DNA of 64,000 bases from an uncultured bacterium (lineage in GTDB: Bacteria > Acidobacteriota > Thermoanaerobaculia > Multivoradales > JAHZIX01), in the NCBI GenBank assembly GCA_965368975.1, contig CBDUPA010000010.1, forward strand, positions 1 through 64,000, read 5' to 3'. The notes under the pieces are model-generated. The model worked only from the letters and a program-made list of their open reading frames with translations, made no database searches and was not told where the DNA came from. The position numbers were made by a program, and so were the translations under genes. Below are positions 37,993 to 49,001 of this stretch, in pieces (position 1 is the first letter of the stretch; each line of letters starts with the position of its first letter).

Positions 37993-40900
37993 TCACTCCA
38001 TGCCCTCGGAGACATCGCCGTCAGGGCTCCATCGGGGCAAAGAACGTCCCGGTGTCCAGGGCGCGCCGACAGCTTCGAGTTCCGCTTCGAGCGCTACCAG
38101 ATCGACATCGATCAGCTGCCGCAGGTCGGGCAGCAGGTCGGCAAAGGCTTCGGCAGCGATGCGGTAGTTCTCGCGGTGGGTGCCAGTGGGATCAGCGCTG
38201 GAGGTCCAATGACCGTCGACGATCTCGCCAACGCGCTGTGTGATCGCCGGCGGCGCCAGCTCCTGGAAGCGCGGTCGCACCGGGTCGCCGACCAGCTCGA
38301 CCATCAGATCCTGCAACCGGTGCTCCAGAGCTCGGGCTCTGTGCTCCAAGTCGGGGCCCGCCGTGGGCGTCTCCAGCGCCGCGCGGCGCACGTAGGTCAA
38401 GCGCTCAGCGGCAGCGTTGGCCGCCCGCACGCTGCCCAGCACAGCACGCTGCAGGCGTGCGGTCTGGCGCTGAAAGTCGAGCAGCGCATCCCGGTCGGCG
38501 GTCTCTAGCGTCACGTTGCCCAGCGGCTCGGCGCTGAAGCTCTCGGGGCCAGCCAGGGGCCTGAGCGCGTCGTCCGCCCACAGCTGCACGTCGACACTGT
38601 AGGTGCCCGGCACCACCATCGGCCCGATGTGCGGCGAACTCCACCAGCCCGGGTCGAAGGCGGCGAGCCGCGTCGGGCGCGAATTCGGATAGCGTAAGTC
38701 CCAGGTCACGCGCTGGACTCCCGCGCTTGCCGGCGCGGTGAGGCGGCGGACGACCTCGCCGTCGGCGTCGCGGATAGTGAACAGCAAGCGTGGGTCTTCT
38801 TCGCGCAGCTCGGCACTCAGGTCATCCCAGCTCGGGTAGCTGACGGTGCCGCCTTCCTCTTCGATTTCCTTCTCGCGCTCGCGGCGGGCATCGCGGCGCG
38901 TCTTGGGAGCTTCCTTCAGATAGTAGGTGAAGACGGCGCCGTGCGGCGGGTTCTCGCCCAGGTAGTAGCTGTGACCACGGAAGCCTGCCCCGGCCAGGCC
39001 GACCGGCGCCGACGGATTGTACAAGCGCACCGGCTTGACCGGGAACAGCATCGCCTCTTGCTCCAGCGTGTCGGCGCTGATCTTGCGCAGCGGCGTGTAG
39101 TCGTCGAGGATGTAGAAACCGCGGCCGAAGGTACCGAGCACCAGATCGACTTCGCGTTCCTGGATTGCCAGGTCGCGCACGGCGATGGTCGGCACGCCGC
39201 CGGTCAGCTCGATCCACCGGCTGCCGCCGTCGACCGTGAAGTAGGCACCGAACTCGGTGCCGGCGAAGAGTAGCTCGGGGCGAACCGGATCCTGCACCAC
39301 GGCATAGACCGAACCGCGCTCCGGTAGGTCCCCGGCCATCGACGTCCAGGTAGCACCGTAGTCGCGACTGATCAGCAGGTAGGGCTTGAAGTCACCGCGC
39401 TTGTGGTTGTTGAAAGCGGCGAAGACGACGCCGTCCTCGTGCGATGAGGGCTCCAGGCGGTTGACGTAGGTGCCCTCCGGCACGCCCGGAAATGTGTTGA
39501 ACTCGGCCCAGGTCGCGCCGCCGTCACGGCTGACCTGCACCAGGCCATCGTCGGTGCCGGCATAGAGCAAGCCCTCGACGCGCGGCGACTCGGCGAGCGC
39601 CACGATGTTGCCGTAAGGCGAGGTCGAGCGGTTCTTGGACACCGCGTCGATGCTCCACACCTTACCCATCACTTCCAGCTGATTGCGGTCGAGCTGTCGC
39701 GTCAAGTCGGGACTGACCGGTGTCCAGCTCTGGCCACGGTCGTCGCTGCGGAAGATGCGCTGTGCAGCGTAGTAGAGACGCGTCTGGCTGTGCGGCGACA
39801 GCACCAGGGGCGAGTCCCAATTCCAGCGCAGCGGATCATCACCCGGCGCTGGCTGCGGCACGATGGAAAGGAACTCGCCGCTCTGCCGGTCGTAGCGCAC
39901 CAGACCACCGTACTGCGACTGGCTGTAGATGATGTCCGGGTTCTCCGGGTCGACACGCGGCTGGAAACCGTCGCCAATGACGGTGACGATCCAGTCCGAG
40001 TTGGGAATGCCGTGCGTGTCGAAGGTGCGCGACGGGCCGGAGAGGGCGAAGTTGTCCTGCGTGCCGCCGTGTACGTGGTAGATCGGCTCACGGTTGTCGA
40101 CCGCGATCTTGTAGAACTGGGTGACCGGCAGGTTGTAGATATAGTCCCAGGTGACGCCGCGGTCGAAGGTCTCGTACAGACCACCGTCATTGCCTTCCAG
40201 CATGTGGTCGCTGTCGGCCGGGTCGATCCACAGCGCGTGTGCGTCGACGTGGCGTGCTTCGTAGTTGGTCGCGGTGAAGGTGGTACCGCCGTCTTCGGTC
40301 AGATGCATCAGGGTATCGACGGCGTAGACGCGGTCGACATCGTGCGGATCGGCGATCAGTTCCTGGTAGTACTGGGGGCTGCCGCTCACATAGTCGCTGC
40401 GCTTCTGCCAGCTCTCGCCGCGATCCGTGGAGCGGAAGAAGCCGCCGGCCTCGTCCTGCGCCTCGACGATGGCATAGAGCACATCCGGGTCGGTCGATGC
40501 CATCGCCAGTCCGATGCGCCCCATGTCGACGCGCGGCAGACCATTGGTCAGCTCACGCCAGGTGGCACCGCCGTCGGTCGACTTGTGGATCCCGGACTCG
40601 GGGCCGCCGTTGATCAGCGTCCAGACGTGGCGGCGACGCTGGTAGGCCGCGGCGTAGAGCACGTCCGGGTCGCGCGGATCGAGCAACACATCGTTGATGC
40701 CGGTGTGCTCGCTGATCTCGAGCACGGCTTCCCAGGTTGTGCCACCGTCCCTGGTCTTGTAGAGACCCCGGTCGCCACCGGCCGACCACAAGGGGCCCTG
40801 CACCGCCACGTAGACGGTGTCTGAGTCCTCGGGATGCACCACGATACGACCGATGTGCTCGGAGGTCTCGAGTCCCACGTGCTGCCAGGTACGGCCAGCG

Positions 40901-41367
40901 TCCATCGACTTGTAGACGCCGTCGCCGTAACCCACCGAGCGCTGACTGTTGTTCTCACCAGTGCCCACCCAGACGATGTTGGGATTGCTTGGATCGAGGG
41001 TGATGCAGCCGATCGAGTAGGAGCCCTCATCGTCGAAGATCGGCGTCCAAGTAGTGCCAGCATTGACCGTCTTCCAGACGCTGCCGGAAGCCACCGCCAC
41101 GTACCAGATCTTGGAATCTTCGGGGTGCACCGCGATGTCCGAGATGCGGCCGGAGGTCAACGCCGGACCAATCGAGCGCAGCTGCAGGCCGGCGAACGTC
41201 GAGGCCTGCAACAGCGACGCGTCCGCCTTCTCCTCTGCCGCGCTCGCCTCGGCTCCGCGATCACGCGCGGGAGACGGAGACGCGTAGGCCAGATGTGAGC
41301 AGAGACCCGGCAGCAAGGCCGGAACCAGACACCATGCCACGAGGGCCCAAATTCGTCTCACGATCAC
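37993..41367 (-). CDS. Secreted VPS10/sortilin-like BNR (Asp-box) repeat protein, putative glycosyl hydrolase
   Basis: RSIGPA..SGRI and many S/T-x-D-x-G-x-T/S-W Asp boxes. Also GTQDN, WNWDSP, GTFGRGFYILDD and a C-terminal helical region. Confidence 0.9.
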   Translation of the reverse strand: MIVRRIWALVAWCLVPALLPGLCSHLAYASPSPARDRGAEASAAEEKADASLLQASTFAGLQLRSIGPALTSGRISDIAVHPEDSKIWYVAVASGSVWKTVNAGTTWTPIFDDEGSYSIGCITLDPSNPNIVWVGTGENNSQRSVGYGDGVYKSMDAGRTWQHVGLETSEHIGRIVVHPEDSDTVYVAVQGPLWSAGGDRGLYKTRDGGTTWEAVLEISEHTGINDVLLDPRDPDVLYAAAYQRRRHVWTLINGGPESGIHKSTDGGATWRELTNGLPRVDMGRIGLAMASTDPDVLYAIVEAQDEAGGFFRSTDRGESWQKRSDYVSGSPQYYQELIADPHDVDRVYAVDTLMHLTEDGGTTFTATNYEARHVDAHALWIDPADSDHMLEGNDGGLYETFDRGVTWDYIYNLPVTQFYKIAVDNREPIYHVHGGTQDNFALSGPSRTFDTHGIPNSDWIVTVIGDGFQPRVDPENPDIIYSQSQYGGLVRYDRQSGEFLSIVPQPAPGDDPLRWNWDSPLVLSPHSQTRLYYAAQRIFRSDDRGQSWTPVSPDLTRQLDRNQLEVMGKVWSIDAVSKNRSTSPYGNIVALAESPRVEGLLYAGTDDGLVQVSRDGGATWAEFNTFPGVPEGTYVNRLEPSSHEDGVVFAAFNNHKRGDFKPYLLISRDYGATWTSMAGDLPERGSVYAVVQDPVRPELLFAGTEFGAYFTVDGGSRWIELTGGVPTIAVRDLAIQEREVDLVLGTFGRGFYILDDYTPLRKISADTLEQEAMLFPVKPVRLYNPSAPVGLAGAGFRGHSYYLGENPPHGAVFTYYLKEAPKTRRDARREREKEIEEEGGTVSYPSWDDLSAELREEDPRLLFTIRDADGEVVRRLTAPASAGVQRVTWDLRYPNSRPTRLAAFDPGWWSSPHIGPMVVPGTYSVDVQLWADDALRPLAGPESFSAEPLGNVTLETADRDALLDFQRQTARLQRAVLGSVRAANAAAERLTYVRRAALETPTAGPDLEHRARALEHRLQDLMVELVGDPVRPRFQELAPPAITQRVGEIVDGHWTSSADPTGTHRENYRIAAEAFADLLPDLRQLIDVDLVALEAELEAVGAPWTPGRSLPRWSPDGDVSEGME

Positions 41368-41398
41368 TCCTCCTCGTACTCGAGTTAGCGAACTTATT

Positions 41399-43804
41399 TC
41401 AGTCTGTCACAGGCACTTCGGCCTTGACCAGAGTACTGGCCTCGCTGGCCAGGGGAGCCTCGGCCAGCGAAGCAGCCGGCAGCCGGACCAGTTCCAGACC
41501 ACGGTAGTAGTGGTTCAGGATGTCGCGGTACCCGTGACCGCGCACCGCCATGCCGTACGCTCCAACCTGACACAGGCCAACACCGTGCCCCCAACCGCGG
41601 CCGCGGAACAACCAGCCGGGCTGGCCCCCCTCGGGCGTCAGGCGGGTGGCGGTGAACAGTGTCTCCGGCAGGTCGAGCGTCCAACGGACGGCCAGGCCTT
41701 CGACCTCCTGCTCGACTTGTTGCTGACCACGACGCCCCTCGAGGCGCAGGCGGGCGACGCGGCCGGAAGGACCACGCTCGACGATCTCGAAGCTCTGGAA
41801 GCCGATACCGGGGTACCGCTTGTGTACGGAGGCGGCGAGTTGGGCATCGGTGCGAAAGCGACGCCACAGGCTGCGCTTGCTGCGCCGATCAAAGGCGACA
41901 CCACGCGGCTCCAGGCGCTGCACCAGTGCCAGCAAGCGGTCGCCGCGGTAGTACAGGTGCAGATGGTCTCCCGGGACCAGCGCCAACTCGGCGGCGGTGG
42001 TCGGCGAGGCAGACGGACCAGCATTACCTGTGTCGTCATCCTCATCGCTGCGCACACGCCGGTAGGCTGGCACGGCAGCCGACAAGTCGAGAGTCTCTTC
42101 GCTGCCGTCACGGTGCAGCCGCAGGCGCCAAGCTGGTTCAGCGGAACTGTGATTCTCGTCGGAACGGGCTTCCAGCGCCAGGAAGGTCACCTCGTCTCGG
42201 CGCACCACATACAGCATCTCGGCCAGGCGGTAGAGCAGCAGTTCGACCTCGTCGTCGCTGAGTGCGGCGTCGAGCGAGCCGCTGAGCAGACCACTCTGCA
42301 CCAAGCTGGCGGCCTGGCGCAGCTCGTCGGGTCCCCAGTCAGGCGGCGGGTCGTGCAGCAAGTAGGGCACGTCTTGGGGCGAGACGAAGAGTCGAGCGTC
42401 CAGGGCAAGGTCGAAGAGCGAGGCGACGAAGCGCTGGACTTCGCGCCGTTCGAGCGACGCCAGGTGATCGTCGGGCAGGGGCAAGCCGGCGAGTCGCGCC
42501 AGCTGGCGCAGGCGCGTCTCGAGCCGTGCCTCGACTGTACTCTCAGGTGTGCCTGCGAGCGTGTCTCCGGGAGGTAGGGGCAGCAGATCTCGAGTCAGGC
42601 CATGCGGGAAGGCCGTGCCGGCCGGCAAGCTGGTGCGCAGATTCTGTACGCCGGCTTCCAGGCAGGCGACACCGCGCAGGTATGGGTCGCGCGTATTGGG
42701 GAAAACGATCTCGACATCCTCGGTGTGACCACCACAGGTGGCGGTATACATGGCGTTGGCGTACTGGGCATTGGCGTACTGGGCGTTGGCGTACTGGGCA
42801 TCACCGCTCCAGATCAGCACCTCGCCGGAAGTCTCGCTGATGGCCCGATCGCTCAGCGGGTGCTCGGCCTCCAGGCCACCGTAGACCTGACAACGGGGCG
42901 TGGCGCAAATGTCGTAGCCCTCTGCGTCGAACTCGCCGAGATGGCGCAGCGTGTAGGTGCGAGCGGCGATCGCCTGTGCCTTGAGGGCCTCCAGCTCGGG
43001 GTAGAGGATCGGCCCCATCTCCTTGGGTACCACTCCGCGCAAGTAGTCGTCGAGTGTGAGCTCGTTGACCAGGTTGAGCGTGCCGCGGTTGTTGAGGAAG
43101 ACCGCCAGCCGCCCGCGGTAGCGCTTGCCTTGGTGCCGGATGCCGCGCCGGCTCGCCGCAGATTCCGCGTCTTGCACACCACTGTCGAGACGCAACCAGC
43201 GTCCCGGTACCGTCCACTCTTCGCTCCCCCGCCGCACCCGCAGGGCGGGCTCGGTGAGGCCACCTCCCTCGGTGGCCACCCACACTTCAGCGTAGCCCAG
43301 CGTCGCCAGCTCGGACTTGAAGGCGTCCGCCTCGGCGCGCTGGGCAAAGCCACCAACCCGCACGCGAAACAGCCCCGTCTCGGGATCGAAGCGTGCATCC
43401 GCCGGCTGGCTCAATTGCTGCTGCAACTGCCGCGCTTGCGCCGACGCCTGGTCCGGATCGCGCAGCGCCGCGACTTGCAGACGGAAGGTCCCTGGATCCG
43501 CCGCCCCGGCCGCCGGTTCGATCACCATGGCGGCGGCTAGCGGCACCGGCCCGTCGGGCAACAGCAGGCGGAGGCCGCCATCGCAGCACGGCAGCGTCAA
43601 GCGTTCGAGGTCGCTGGCCAGGCCGACGCGGACGATCTCGGGAATGTGCAGCCCACGCATGTCCACCGACTCCCCGGCTACAACCTCTGCCGACGACACG
43701 GCGGCTTCGGCCAAGGGCGGGTCGGGGACGGGTAAGGCCTCCTGAGCCAGCGCAGGTGCTGCCAGCAAAGAGCCGAGGATCAGAAGGTTGAAGGCTCGCT
43801 TCAT
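41399..43804 (-). CDS. SpoIID/LytB-domain protein with a SPOR domain
   Basis: SPOR motif FRLQVAAL...FRVRVGGF. SpoIID motifs YLRGVVPKEM, EALKAQAIAARTY, CQVYGG, CGGHTE, GRGWGHGVGLCQ.GA. Confidence 0.93.
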   Translation of the reverse strand: MKRAFNLLILGSLLAAPALAQEALPVPDPPLAEAAVSSAEVVAGESVDMRGLHIPEIVRVGLASDLERLTLPCCDGGLRLLLPDGPVPLAAAMVIEPAAGAADPGTFRLQVAALRDPDQASAQARQLQQQLSQPADARFDPETGLFRVRVGGFAQRAEADAFKSELATLGYAEVWVATEGGGLTEPALRVRRGSEEWTVPGRWLRLDSGVQDAESAASRRGIRHQGKRYRGRLAVFLNNRGTLNLVNELTLDDYLRGVVPKEMGPILYPELEALKAQAIAARTYTLRHLGEFDAEGYDICATPRCQVYGGLEAEHPLSDRAISETSGEVLIWSGDAQYANAQYANAQYANAMYTATCGGHTEDVEIVFPNTRDPYLRGVACLEAGVQNLRTSLPAGTAFPHGLTRDLLPLPPGDTLAGTPESTVEARLETRLRQLARLAGLPLPDDHLASLERREVQRFVASLFDLALDARLFVSPQDVPYLLHDPPPDWGPDELRQAASLVQSGLLSGSLDAALSDDEVELLLYRLAEMLYVVRRDEVTFLALEARSDENHSSAEPAWRLRLHRDGSEETLDLSAAVPAYRRVRSDEDDDTGNAGPSASPTTAAELALVPGDHLHLYYRGDRLLALVQRLEPRGVAFDRRSKRSLWRRFRTDAQLAASVHKRYPGIGFQSFEIVERGPSGRVARLRLEGRRGQQQVEQEVEGLAVRWTLDLPETLFTATRLTPEGGQPGWLFRGRGWGHGVGLCQVGAYGMAVRGHGYRDILNHYYRGLELVRLPAASLAEAPLASEASTLVKAEVPVTD
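42752..42801. repeat. 15-bp tandem repeat x3 encoding (AQYAN)n
   Basis: Three copies of GGCRTTGGCGTACTG. Confidence 0.9.
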
Positions 43805-44637
43805 ACCCGCAACTGCTGCATCTCGATCTCGCGCCGGTAATCGCCGGCGGCATCGAGCACGATCGGCCGGGCCATCTCACAGATGCGGCTCACCAGAGGG
43901 GCCGGGATCCGACGCTCCAAGGGTTCCGGACCGGAAGGCGGCGGGGGCGTCGGGTTGAAGCGATCCTGGCGCGGCGGCACCGGCTCCGAGGCTGGCGGAT
44001 CGAGCACGTAGTTGGTGGTGAAGAGGGTCGGCAGGCGTTCCCGATAGCGCGTATTGATCAGGCGGTAGAGGATCGTCTGCACCCAGCTGGTCGGCTTCTC
44101 GGCGCCGAGTTCGTCGATCACCAGCAGCGGCGCGCGCAGGATCGGCTCCAGGATCTGAGCCGCCGACTGCGGAGCGTCTGGGCCAAAGCTGGACTGCAAC
44201 TCGTAGAGCAGGTTGGTGAAGTCGACGAAGCGGCCGCCGATGCGCACTTCGCGGATCAGTTGACCGAGCACTGCAACGGCCAGGTGCGTCTTGCCGACGC
44301 CGGGCGGGCCGATGAAGATCAACCCCTTCTCCGTCGTCGAGAGTTCGTCGCTGTCTCGTTGTCGCGTCTGGAGAAAGCTATCGATGTAGCGCTGGCAATC
44401 GCGCTTGGCCGCCAGCAACTGCTCGGCCGCCTCGGAGCGAGGATCGCTGACGCTGAAACTGTCGAGCGTGCAACTGCGGTAGCGCTCAGGGATCTCGGCA
44501 CGTTCCAGCAAGCGTGCAGGCAACTGGCGCTTGCGGCAATCACACTGACGGGCGATGCGCGTCTGACGGCCTTGATCGTCGGCCTCCCAGGAGACAATCC
44601 AGCCGCTGCCATCGCAGTGGGGGCAAGGTTCGGGCAT
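43801..44637 (-). CDS. DnaC/IstB-like AAA+ ATPase
   Basis: CPHCDGSGW...CDC, IPERY, Walker A GPPGVGKTHLA, Walker B LLVIDELG, FTTN, SRICEM. Confidence 0.9.
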   Translation of the reverse strand: MPEPCPHCDGSGWIVSWEADDQGRQTRIARQCDCRKRQLPARLLERAEIPERYRSCTLDSFSVSDPRSEAAEQLLAAKRDCQRYIDSFLQTRQRDSDELSTTEKGLIFIGPPGVGKTHLAVAVLGQLIREVRIGGRFVDFTNLLYELQSSFGPDAPQSAAQILEPILRAPLLVIDELGAEKPTSWVQTILYRLINTRYRERLPTLFTTNYVLDPPASEPVPPRQDRFNPTPPPPSGPEPLERRIPAPLVSRICEMARPIVLDAAGDYRREIEMQQLRV

Positions 44638-44696
44638 ACCCGGATGCTAGCAGACTTGAGACCGGAATCCGGACGGGTTGGATCGCCGCGAAAGCC

Positions 44697-45101
44697 TCAC
44701 TCCTTCTTCGCCTTGACCAGCGCTCCGCTCTCGACCTTGACCAGCGCGTGGCGCCGATCGACGCCGGCCCGGCGGTCGATCACCTCCTGGCGCACGACAG
44801 TCAGCAGGCGATCCATCTCCTGGCGCATCTCGTCCATCTGCTCGCGCATGTTGAGAATCACTTCGACCCCCGCGAGATTGACGCCGAGATCGCGCGTCAG
44901 CGTCAGAATCACCTCCAGACGACGGATCGATTCATCGTCGTAGAGACGAGTGTTGCCGGCGCTGCGCACCGGCTCCAACAGACCTTCGCGCTCGTAGAGT
45001 CGCAGGGTCTGCGGATGGATCTCGAAGCGTTCGGCGACGGCGCTGATCATCAGGTAGCGTCGTCGGTCTTCTCGTTCAGTGACTCGCTTGCGTCGTGCCA
45101 A
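44697..45101 (-). CDS. hspR: MerR-family heat-shock repressor HspR
   Basis: ISAVAE...IHPQTLRLYEREGL, GNTRLY and LGVNLAGV; lies directly downstream of dnaK. Start codon uncertain. Confidence 0.9.
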   Translation of the reverse strand: MARRKRVTEREDRRRYLMISAVAERFEIHPQTLRLYEREGLLEPVRSAGNTRLYDDESIRRLEVILTLTRDLGVNLAGVEVILNMREQMDEMRQEMDRLLTVVRQEVIDRRAGVDRRHALVKVESGALVKAKKE

Positions 45102-45164
45102 GGTTCCGGCCTCCCTCTGCTGGTTCCGTCTGCTGCGCTCGTTTCGGGGAACGGATCAGAGTGT

Positions 45165-45211
45165 AAGACAAACGGGCCGGGCGGACCACCTAGCGGTCAC
45201 GACCCGGCCCG
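45165..45211 (-). terminator. Probable terminator between dnaK and hspR
   Basis: GC stem CGGGCCGGG/CCCGGCCCG with an inner stem, followed on the minus strand by TTTGTCTT. Confidence 0.55.
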
Positions 45212-45240
45212 AATGCTCTACCGTGGGTGAGGAGAGAAGA

Positions 45241-47154
<1,914 letters not shown>

Positions 47155-47243
47155 TGTGTAGCTCCTCCTTGGTCGTAGTCTGTTCGGTCCCGGTGGTGAC
47201 GTTCCGCGCTCGCGAATCGCCTGTTGCGGGAGCCACGACCACG

Positions 47244-47273
47244 ATTGTAGAGATATTAGTGCTCAGCTGTCAA
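47244..47273 (-). promoter_or_regulatory. Sigma70-type promoter of dnaK
   Basis: Minus strand TTGACA-N18-TACAAT. Confidence 0.75.
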
Positions 47274-47289
47274 CCCCCAAATTTCAAGA

Positions 47290-47310
47290 CTTGATACAGA
47301 TAGACTAAGA
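47290..47310. promoter_or_regulatory. HAIR-like HspR operator
   Basis: CTTGATA-N7-ACTAAGA is an imperfect match to the consensus CTTGAGT-N7-ACTCAAG. It lies 16 nt upstream of the dnaK -35 box, and hspR is in the same locus. Confidence 0.65.
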
Positions 47311-47389
47311 TAATGACGAAGACGCCATGAGACAAAGAGGTAAGATCTGCGATTACAGACAGATCGCCCGGCCCGCGCAAGCGGCCAGG

Positions 47390-48868
47390 CTAGTCCAGGA
47401 GGACGAGTGGCGCTTCTTCGGCCGCCGCCTTGGCGGAGAAGAACTCGGGATCCAGGATGAAGTTACCGGTGATCGCTTCGGTAGTGCCAAGCCGCGTCAA
47501 CTCGCTACCGCCACGTTGAGGTGCCAGACGGTAGCGACCGTCACCCGCCTGGTAGCCGAGCAGGTTCCCGCCCGGATCCCGCAGTTCGGCAGCCGGCAGC
47601 AACCCACCCTCGATCAGCGCACCGAGATCGTCAGGCAACTGGCCGGTGAACAGGACCTGCGTCTTGAGCGCACGGTCGATCTTGAAGTAGGCAATCTTGC
47701 GCTGCTGCTTGCTGAACACTTCCCGCTGGGCTTCCTGCCAGGGGAACGGCAAGCTGAGGGCCAACGGCTGCAACCACAACAGACCGACGACCCAAAGTGC
47801 CGCCAGGCAGGCGATACCGCGCGACAACCAGTGCGGCAGCATGCTGGAATCGAGCAGTGGGGCGGGCATCGCACCCATGTCGCTATCGGCGTCGGCAGCA
47901 CCGAGTCCATCCAGTTCGATCTCGGCGACGCCATCGAAGCTGCTGGCGGCAGGGGCAGCCACGGGCGCAGCCGCCGCGGCGGTACCCGGACTCGCCGTCG
48001 ACGATTGAGCCGTCGACAACTGGACCGACGACAACTGGGCCGGCGATGGAGCCGACGCCGAGGGGGCGGCCCGGCGCACCTGGACCAACCCTTGACTCTG
48101 CAGCAACTGCAGCGTCTGCAGCGTCTCGTCCTCGTCGAGGCCGCTGCCAATAATGACCGCCGCCACCGTCGCACGGCCATCGATCTGCTGGAGTACCTTC
48201 TGGTGTACCGCTGACAGCCCGCTGACGGCCGCGTTGTCGGCCGGGCACCGCTCGAACACCGACGAAAGCCGCGGCAACGAAGCGGCCGGCGCACGCTCCT
48301 GCATCGGCGGCGGTGTCAGGCCGAGATCATCTAGGTCTGGAATCGGCCCGGTATGCTGCGGCGGCACTGGAGAGGGGGGAGCCGGAGTGGTTGGTGCAGC
48401 AACCGGTCCGGCGTCGAGCAGGATGGACTGTACCGAGAGAGGCTCGAAGCCTTCTTCGAAGGACACCTCGTCGTTGGAGTAGAACTTGAAATCTCCCTGA
48501 TCCCAGTGCAAGAGCCCGACCAGCAGATCCGTATACTGCTGGCGCAAGCCAGCCAGCAGCTGTGCCCGCTGCGTGTGCCCGCCGTCAATCAGCAAATCTT
48601 GCAGGCGACTGCCGGTTGAAGCCTGCTCCTGTAGCAGGTCGTCGACCACCTTCTGGGCCACCGAGCCCTGGTCCACCAAGATACGAGCCAGACGCTCCTC
48701 ACTAGTATGGTGCAAGGAGTCCGCGCCCACGACCTTGCCCTTGAGGAACGACACGGCAATGATATCGTCCTCGCCCTGGACCGTCAGAATGCCGGTCTTC
48801 TGCTGCTGCGCGATCAGTTGCAGGATCTCGGGAAGCTGGAAGACGTTGAGATTACCTTCTACGGTCAT
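47390..48868 (-). CDS. DUF4388 (PATAN-like) domain membrane protein
   Basis: EGNL..FQLPEILQLI.QQ.KTGIL, LLHWDQGDFKF, a Pro/Ala linker and one TM helix. Confidence 0.85.
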   Translation of the reverse strand: MTVEGNLNVFQLPEILQLIAQQQKTGILTVQGEDDIIAVSFLKGKVVGADSLHHTSEERLARILVDQGSVAQKVVDDLLQEQASTGSRLQDLLIDGGHTQRAQLLAGLRQQYTDLLVGLLHWDQGDFKFYSNDEVSFEEGFEPLSVQSILLDAGPVAAPTTPAPPSPVPPQHTGPIPDLDDLGLTPPPMQERAPAASLPRLSSVFERCPADNAAVSGLSAVHQKVLQQIDGRATVAAVIIGSGLDEDETLQTLQLLQSQGLVQVRRAAPSASAPSPAQLSSVQLSTAQSSTASPGTAAAAAPVAAPAASSFDGVAEIELDGLGAADADSDMGAMPAPLLDSSMLPHWLSRGIACLAALWVVGLLWLQPLALSLPFPWQEAQREVFSKQQRKIAYFKIDRALKTQVLFTGQLPDDLGALIEGGLLPAAELRDPGGNLLGYQAGDGRYRLAPQRGGSELTRLGTTEAITGNFILDPEFFSAKAAAEEAPLVLLD

Positions 48869-49001
48869 GTCGTGAAACCTTCACATCTGTGGCTGTAACG
48901 CGAAGCCGGTAGCGCGAAAAACGGCGCGGTACGCTCCACAGTCCCCGCCTGTGCACTCCCAGTCTTTGCGCTGACACTCGCTCCAGCGAGAATCTGCGCA
49001 C

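Noticed and set aside
42574-42582. GTAGGGGCA in the SpoIID gene as another REP copy
   Set aside because: Only 9 nt match and there is no palindromic second arm.
43801-44637. IS21 element (IstB)
   Set aside because: There is no IstA transposase or terminal inverted repeat, and the gene is coupled to a core cell-wall gene.
47255-47266. CIRCE (HrcA) operator in the dnaK promoter spacer
   Set aside because: It is only a partial half-site (TGAGCACTAA) with no second arm at 9-nt spacing.
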